This document shows positions 53,375 through 58,076 of a stretch of 58,076 bases of DNA, in pieces. The notes beneath the pieces are model-generated. The model was not told the DNA's origin. It saw only the letters and a program-made list of their open reading frames with translations, and searched no databases. Source of the DNA: Candidatus Berkelbacteria bacterium (GTDB lineage: Bacteria > Patescibacteriota > UBA1384 > XYA2-FULL-43-10 > CAINNR01); contig JAPLVG010000014.1 of NCBI GenBank assembly GCA_026397235.1, positions 1 to 58,076 of the forward strand, written 5' to 3'. Numbering within the stretch: the first letter of the stretch is position 1; each line of letters begins with the position of its first letter. A program made the position numbers and the translations under genes.

Positions 53375-53465
53375 GATGTGTATAGCCACAAATCTATACC
53401 ACAGATCAACACCAATGGATTCAATTTGTGAAAATTTGTGATAAAAATCTGTGGCTAGACACTAC
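53375..53465. mobile_element. Gene-less (MITE-like) derivative of GxxExxY cassette 1
   Basis: Left arm 36/42 identical to the reverse complement of 38832..38873; right end ATCTGTGGCTAGACACTAC 18/19 identical to 38855..38873. Confidence 0.75.
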
Positions 53466-53474
53466 ATTTATTTG

Positions 53475-53960
53475 TTAAAACGGTATCTCATCGATGTCTA
53501 TCTCCTCTGTCTCAGGTTTTACATCATTTTCATCTGATTTTTTTTCAGTTTTGGCAATTTCTTCAACCGGATTTTCCTGACTGTCGGCCGGCATGTCATC
53601 AGACGTTGCTGGTTTCGATCCACCACCGCGACTGCCAAGAAGAATAAAGTTTTCGGCAACGATTTCAGTTTTCTGTCTCTTGGCTCCGTCCTGGCCTTCC
53701 CATGACCGAGTTTGCAGGCGGCCTTCAACATAAACCGGCGCACCTTTTTTCAGATATTGACTGGCAGTTTCAGCCATTTTGCCCCAGAGGACAACTTCAT
53801 GAAACTCGACTTGCTCTTGCATCTCACCCGATTCTTTATTGGTCCAGCGTCTGTTGGTGGCGACCGAAAATGAAGTGACGGCTTGACCGTTGGGTGTATA
53901 GCGCATTTCCGGGTCTTTAGTTGCATTGCCGATAACCATTGCCCTGTTGAGTGAAAACAT
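53475..53960 (-). CDS. ssb: Single-stranded DNA-binding protein
   Basis: DPEMRYTPNG, VEGRLQTRSW, DEIPF tail. Confidence 0.98.
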   Translation of the reverse strand: MFSLNRAMVIGNATKDPEMRYTPNGQAVTSFSVATNRRWTNKESGEMQEQVEFHEVVLWGKMAETASQYLKKGAPVYVEGRLQTRSWEGQDGAKRQKTEIVAENFILLGSRGGGSKPATSDDMPADSQENPVEEIAKTEKKSDENDVKPETEEIDIDEIPF

Positions 53961-53983
53961 CTTACTCCTTTGACTTTAATGCT

Positions 53984-54664
53984 TTAAAGATCATCGCCTA
54001 AAAGTTCATCTAACTTTTCGTCGAGCTTTTTCATTCTTTCACTTTCATCTTCCGCCTTGGACTTATCCGTGTCAATCTGAGTGTCTTTTGTCCGTGCAGT
54101 TGAGTCTTCTTTGGATTCAACCGGTTTCTCGATTTTTTTAGCCTTGGTGATTTTCTTTTCGGGCTTCGATTTAATTTCTTCAGTTTCTGGTTTTTCTTCT
54201 TTTGTTTCGACATTCGGATTTCGGATTTCGGATTTTTCCTCTATCTCTCTGACTGCCATCAAATTTTTGGATGCTTCGGTTTCGCCCTCGACAACCTCAA
54301 AGCTTTTTTCACCAATGACTTCCTCAACAGCAGCGGCATCAACGATATCTTCCTTGGTAACTTTTAGAACTTCAGCTCGCTCAACTTTTAAGGTTGTTAG
54401 GTGACGGATAACTTGTGGAAAAACCCGGAGTTCATGATCGAGTTCGGCCAGTTTTGTTGCTTCCATTTCAAACCAAATAGTAATATAGGTCGCAAAATTT
54501 AGCTTCAAAATTGGATAGGCGAGCTTGCGTCGGCCCCAAGATTCCTCTTTGCTGACTTTCCCACCGCCGGCAACAATAAAACCAGCAACTTTGTCGGTAA
54601 TTTTTTTCAAATCAGCTTCTGCAACATCATCAGAAACTAAATAAGTAAGTTCGTACTCTCTCAT
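53984..54664 (-). CDS. rpsF: 30S ribosomal protein S6 with long charged extension
   Basis: MREYEL, WGRRKLAYPI; rpsF-ssb-rpsR order. Confidence 0.95.
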   Translation of the reverse strand: MREYELTYLVSDDVAEADLKKITDKVAGFIVAGGGKVSKEESWGRRKLAYPILKLNFATYITIWFEMEATKLAELDHELRVFPQVIRHLTTLKVERAEVLKVTKEDIVDAAAVEEVIGEKSFEVVEGETEASKNLMAVREIEEKSEIRNPNVETKEEKPETEEIKSKPEKKITKAKKIEKPVESKEDSTARTKDTQIDTDKSKAEDESERMKKLDEKLDELLGDDL

Positions 54665-54885
54665 TTTCTCCTTATGGTACTGGTTTAATTGCCCAATTAG
54701 ATCGAGCGCCAGCCCCGCAAGCGCGGGAAGTAATAATTAAATTGTGTTTTGATAATATCAAAGTCATTTACAAAAGTCAAGCGCATTCGCTCCATGAATG
54801 GATGACTAATAACCAAATGACTAATAACGAATAAAACCAATATGGGATTGAAATTTTAATCCATTTCTGCTATATTCTTGGCGAG

Positions 54886-55362
54886 GTGATGGAAATGAAG
54901 CCGAAAATCAAACCACGGCGATCAAATACGCCGCGCAAGACGAAGAAGCATGAGAGTTTCCAGATGTCGCCCTGGGTTCCCGAAAAGGGCAAGTACGAAA
55001 CGAATATTGGTACCTATCCGGTTGGCGACGACGAGCATTATGTCTACCCGATTTATGTCTGCGGACAATACAAACCGGAGCGGACGGGATTTTTTCTCCG
55101 AATCAGTCCGAGTCTGAGGGTTTTCTTTCACCACCAGTTCGGCTCAGTGGAGCTAAAGAAGCTGCCGCTGAATTTGGCTGACACTGTAGAGTTCTTGGTT
55201 GATGGCGTCGCCAGGGCATCGACAACCTTGCTTGGCAAGTTGACGCTGATGACGACCAACCGCGACGACAACATTGTATACATTGTCGCGGAAAAAATCC
55301 CAGTGCCGCCGGTAATGACCGGTTTGAAGCCAGCTAGCCAGCTGACATTATTGCCGGCCTAA
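54886..55362 (+). CDS. Hypothetical protein
   Basis: GAGGTG SD (start possibly ATG 54895); terminator GCGCCCA..TGGGCGC-T7 downstream. Confidence 0.7.
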   Translation: MMEMKPKIKPRRSNTPRKTKKHESFQMSPWVPEKGKYETNIGTYPVGDDEHYVYPIYVCGQYKPERTGFFLRISPSLRVFFHHQFGSVELKKLPLNLADTVEFLVDGVARASTTLLGKLTLMTTNRDDNIVYIVAEKIPVPPVMTGLKPASQLTLLPA

Positions 55363-55410
55363 ATGAAATCCTCTCGCGCCCAGTAGTTTGGGCGCTTTTT
55401 TTATGGCGAA

Positions 55411-55483
55411 CAAACTTTAGTTTGCGAAAAAACACGCTGAAGCGTGGTCTCCAGAAGTTTTTAGATAACAGACTTTAGTTTGC
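55411..55483. repeat. GGAG-footed REP/REPIN-like cluster 1
   Basis: 55411..55456 is 45/46 identical to 56196..56241. Confidence 0.85.
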
Positions 55484-55555
55484 TGAATTATTGACTTTAA
55501 AAATATTTTTGCTAAGCTGGCAGTATCGCAAAGATCAAACGAAACAGGTGAAGTT

Positions 55556-56122
55556 TTGATGAAAAATGATATTTGTCGTCAGGGGCGTTGTGAAATCAAT
55601 CTCGAAGAAGCACTGGCGATTTGCCGATTGATGGATGTGTGTAGAAAGCCACTGGAACACGTCCTTACCCAAAAGGGAATTCAAGAAGTTGGGTCAATCA
55701 GCCATGTTTTTGTGGACATCTCAATGGAACCACTTTCCCCGGTTGGCACTTTTTGCCAGAGTCAGTATTATCCGGATTTGATCCGGGCGGTCAAACAGCC
55801 ACCAACGGTTTGGACATGTACCAAGTTGCCGAACATGAAGATGCTGTCGGAACTGATCGAGGCGATGGAGTCTGGACTAAAATGTACCATCGAGACAACT
55901 GATTTGGGCGTTACTATCTCAATGAATGTTGACGGTGGTCGTGGGCGCTTGGTTTTGGAGGGTGTTGGTTCCATTGGTTGGAGCGAACAACTTCAATTAA
56001 GGTCAAGATTTTTTTCAGAAACCACCGCTGCTTTAACAATGTATCTGACCGACGTCGTGGTGCGTCTCAACCGTTTCCTGCCTTGGCTGATCAAGTTGGC
56101 TGGCGGGAAAGTCACAATTTAG
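55556..56122 (+). CDS. Hypothetical protein
   Basis: TTGACT-N17-TAAGCT promoter, AGGTG SD, terminator GCGTCCCGAA-AC-TTCGGGACGC-T7. Confidence 0.7.
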   Translation: MMKNDICRQGRCEINLEEALAICRLMDVCRKPLEHVLTQKGIQEVGSISHVFVDISMEPLSPVGTFCQSQYYPDLIRAVKQPPTVWTCTKLPNMKMLSELIEAMESGLKCTIETTDLGVTISMNVDGGRGRLVLEGVGSIGWSEQLQLRSRFFSETTAALTMYLTDVVVRLNRFLPWLIKLAGGKVTI

Positions 56123-56195
56123 TAGATTCCCGCCTCCGCGGGAATGACAAACAACTTCGCGTCCCGAAACTTCGGGACGCTTTTTTTATTGAGTT

Positions 56196-56291
56196 CAAAC
56201 TTTAGTTTGCGAAAAAACACGCTGAAGCGTGATCTCCAGAAAACGGAGTACAAACTTTAGTTTGCTATTAACATGATAAATCATGGTCTCC
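56196..56291. repeat. GGAG-footed REP/REPIN-like cluster 2
   Basis: Two tandem units of hairpin CAAACT-TT-AGTTTG plus a second hairpin ending in TCTCC. Confidence 0.85.
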
Positions 56292-56300
56292 AAAAATCGG

Positions 56301-57377
56301 CTATACATTAAATCGAAACAGTGTGACGTCACCGTCTTTAAAAATATAATTTTTACCTTCGGTTCGGACCATACCGTGAGAACGGGCACCGGTCCAACCA
56401 CCTTGGGCGTAGAGATCCTGCCAAGCAACAACTTCGGCGGCAATAAATCCACGTTCGAAATCAGTATGAATCACACTGGCTGCCTCGGGTGCCTTGGCAC
56501 CATTGCGAACGGTCCAAGCTCTGGTTTCCGGTTCACCGGAAGTAAAATATGTTATTAAATTTAGTGCTTTGTAGGCTTCTTTTATCAAGCGGTTGATGCC
56601 AGTATCGGCAATGCCAAGAGCTTCGAGGTATTCCTTTTTTTCCGCATCATTTAAATCATTTAGCTCTGACTCTATCTTTGCTGATATTGGAATTAAACTA
56701 ATTACTTCATTGTTCAACTGTTCAATTGTTCCATTGTTAATTAATTGATCCTCTGAACAGTTGGCAACGTACAAAACTGGTTTCATTGTCATTAACGCCA
56801 TTGATTTAATTAGCCGTATTTCATCCTCTGATAAGTCCGCTTCGCGGGCGTTTTTCCCATCGCAAAGTTTTTTGATAATTTTATCTAGCGCTTCTTTTTC
56901 TAGTTTAGCGTCCTTTGATCCACTTTTTATATCGCGGTCTAAATTGTATTGGCGTTTTTCGACTGTCGCAATGTCGGCAAGTTGTAGTTCGGTTTCAATT
57001 GTTTCAATGTCATCTTTTGGGTTAATTTTCCCCGCAACGTGAGTAACATTGTCGTCTTGAAAAAAGCGAACAACCATGGCTATGGCATCACATTCTCGAA
57101 TATGGGAAAGAAATTGGTTACCAAGCCCTTCGCCCTTTGACGCGCCACGAACTAAGCCGGCAATATCAACGAACTCAACGACAGTCGGAACAATTTTTTT
57201 AGATTTGGAAACTTTCGCCAAAGGTGCCAGTCTTTCGTCCGGAACTTCAACAATTCCAACATTGGGTTCAATGGTACAGAATGGGTAATTTGCCGCTTCT
57301 GCCTTTGAGCCCTTTACCAAGGCGTTGAAAAGAGTCGACTTTCCGACGTTGGGAAGACCAACAATAGCAATTTTCAT
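56301..57377 (-). CDS. ychF: Redox-regulated ATPase YchF
   Basis: GLPNVGKSTLFN, ANYPFCTIEPN, DIAGLV, IHTDFERGFI. Confidence 0.98.
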   Translation of the reverse strand: MKIAIVGLPNVGKSTLFNALVKGSKAEAANYPFCTIEPNVGIVEVPDERLAPLAKVSKSKKIVPTVVEFVDIAGLVRGASKGEGLGNQFLSHIRECDAIAMVVRFFQDDNVTHVAGKINPKDDIETIETELQLADIATVEKRQYNLDRDIKSGSKDAKLEKEALDKIIKKLCDGKNAREADLSEDEIRLIKSMALMTMKPVLYVANCSEDQLINNGTIEQLNNEVISLIPISAKIESELNDLNDAEKKEYLEALGIADTGINRLIKEAYKALNLITYFTSGEPETRAWTVRNGAKAPEAASVIHTDFERGFIAAEVVAWQDLYAQGGWTGARSHGMVRTEGKNYIFKDGDVTLFRFNV

Positions 57378-57388
57378 AAAATCTCCTA

Positions 57389-57857
57389 CAAGAATGGACA
57401 GCGAACTAAAACTAATGGCGAAAAGCGAATGAAATCAATACAGATTAGGGATTCTTTTTGTCCTTACTCCAGTTTTTGTAAACCGATATATCATTCCTAA
57501 TTTTTTCTCACTGGTTTTTAAATAACGAAAAATTTGCGAACAAACCTGCTTGTAATTAGCGTCGTTAGCTTTCAGTTCAACGATAACTTTATTTTCGATC
57601 AGGAAATCGAAGAAATACTTCTTGACAACTTTTTCCTCCACTTTTATCGGAAAATATAATTCTCGCGAAAAATCAATATTTTCTTTCTCTAGCAAAATCG
57701 CAAAAGCATCAGCATAAACTTTTTCATTTTGACCATGACCGACTAAATCGTTAACTTTATAAGCGATGCCGGTGAGTTTATATGATAGATCTTTGAAAAT
57801 CAAGTCTGTCATTTTGTTGGTTGTTCGTTGTTAGTTTTAGTTCGCTGTCCATTCTTG
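57389..57857. mobile_element. Inverted-repeat-bounded GxxExxY cassette 2
   Basis: Perfect 27-bp inverted repeat at 57389..57415 and 57831..57857. Confidence 0.7.
57435..57812 (-). CDS. GxxExxY protein (PD-(D/E)XK nuclease-like)
   Basis: GHGQNEKVY, DFLIENKVIVELK, QIFRYLK...LGMIY. Confidence 0.92.
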   Translation of the reverse strand: MTDLIFKDLSYKLTGIAYKVNDLVGHGQNEKVYADAFAILLEKENIDFSRELYFPIKVEEKVVKKYFFDFLIENKVIVELKANDANYKQVCSQIFRYLKTSEKKLGMIYRFTKTGVRTKRIPNLY

Positions 57858-57928
57858 ATATTATCCCAGATATGGCTGGAAGTAAAGAAAAAATTCTGAT
57901 ATTATTTTTGACAAAGAGGTGATAGCTG

Positions 57929-58076
57929 ATGGCCAAGGCCCAACTTTGGACGAAAACTAGAGAGGAGTTTCTTTCCCCACACGAAGAACCACACGAGTTG
58001 GGTCAACTGCCAAATCCGTCATCGGAAAATCGCCGAATCCGCGACAAACTGGGACGGTTTGTTCGTGGTACAAAAC
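57929..58076 (+). CDS. Hypothetical protein, runs off the right edge
   Basis: GAGGTG SD; MAKAQLWTK...RDKLGRFVRG stays open to the edge. Confidence 0.55.
   Translation, partial: MAKAQLWTKTREEFLSPHEEPHELGQLPNPSSENRRIRDKLGRFVRGTK

Noticed and set aside
54665..54760. S6:S18 autoregulatory leader RNA
   Set aside because: A hairpin and a CCC are present upstream of rpsF, but I cannot match the known consensus by eye
55411..56291. CRISPR array
   Set aside because: Only 2-3 units with very uneven spacing, a whole gene between them, and no cas genes; REP-like instead

Overview
AT-rich bacterial chromosome segment, standard code 11. The gene set and style (short GluRS, acidic-tailed L19 and S6, many apparently leaderless genes, PilX-like pilin) fit a Patescibacteria/CPR genome; this assignment is inferred, not proven. 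The housekeeping backbone is dnaE, rpmA, rplS, gltX, dnaX, dnaB, pyrG, groES-groEL, efp, rpsF-ssb-rpsR and ychF, plus a surface-glycan cluster, tRNA-Gln(CTG) and tRNA-Glu(CTC). Most notable observations: (1) Two GxxExxY nuclease-family genes are each enclosed by their own long inverted repeats. Gene-less 80-90 bp hairpins and half-copies of the same architecture are scattered through the window, suggesting an autonomous/non-autonomous mobile system. (2) A 5.5-kb serine-recombinase element sits in the 3' end of tRNA-Glu. Integration appears to swap the recombinase C-terminus, and the cargo genes lie behind duplicated (CTA)n promoters with 17- versus 23-bp spacers. (3) Palindromic or periodic repeats are inserted in frame in many essential proteins. 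(4) Several GC-rich, hairpin-dense, ORF-poor intervals are ncRNA candidates. (5) There is an HU/PilB-N2-like fusion and a membrane pyrophosphatase homolog lacking its catalytic motifs. All family calls come from motif recognition by eye; no database searches were run.
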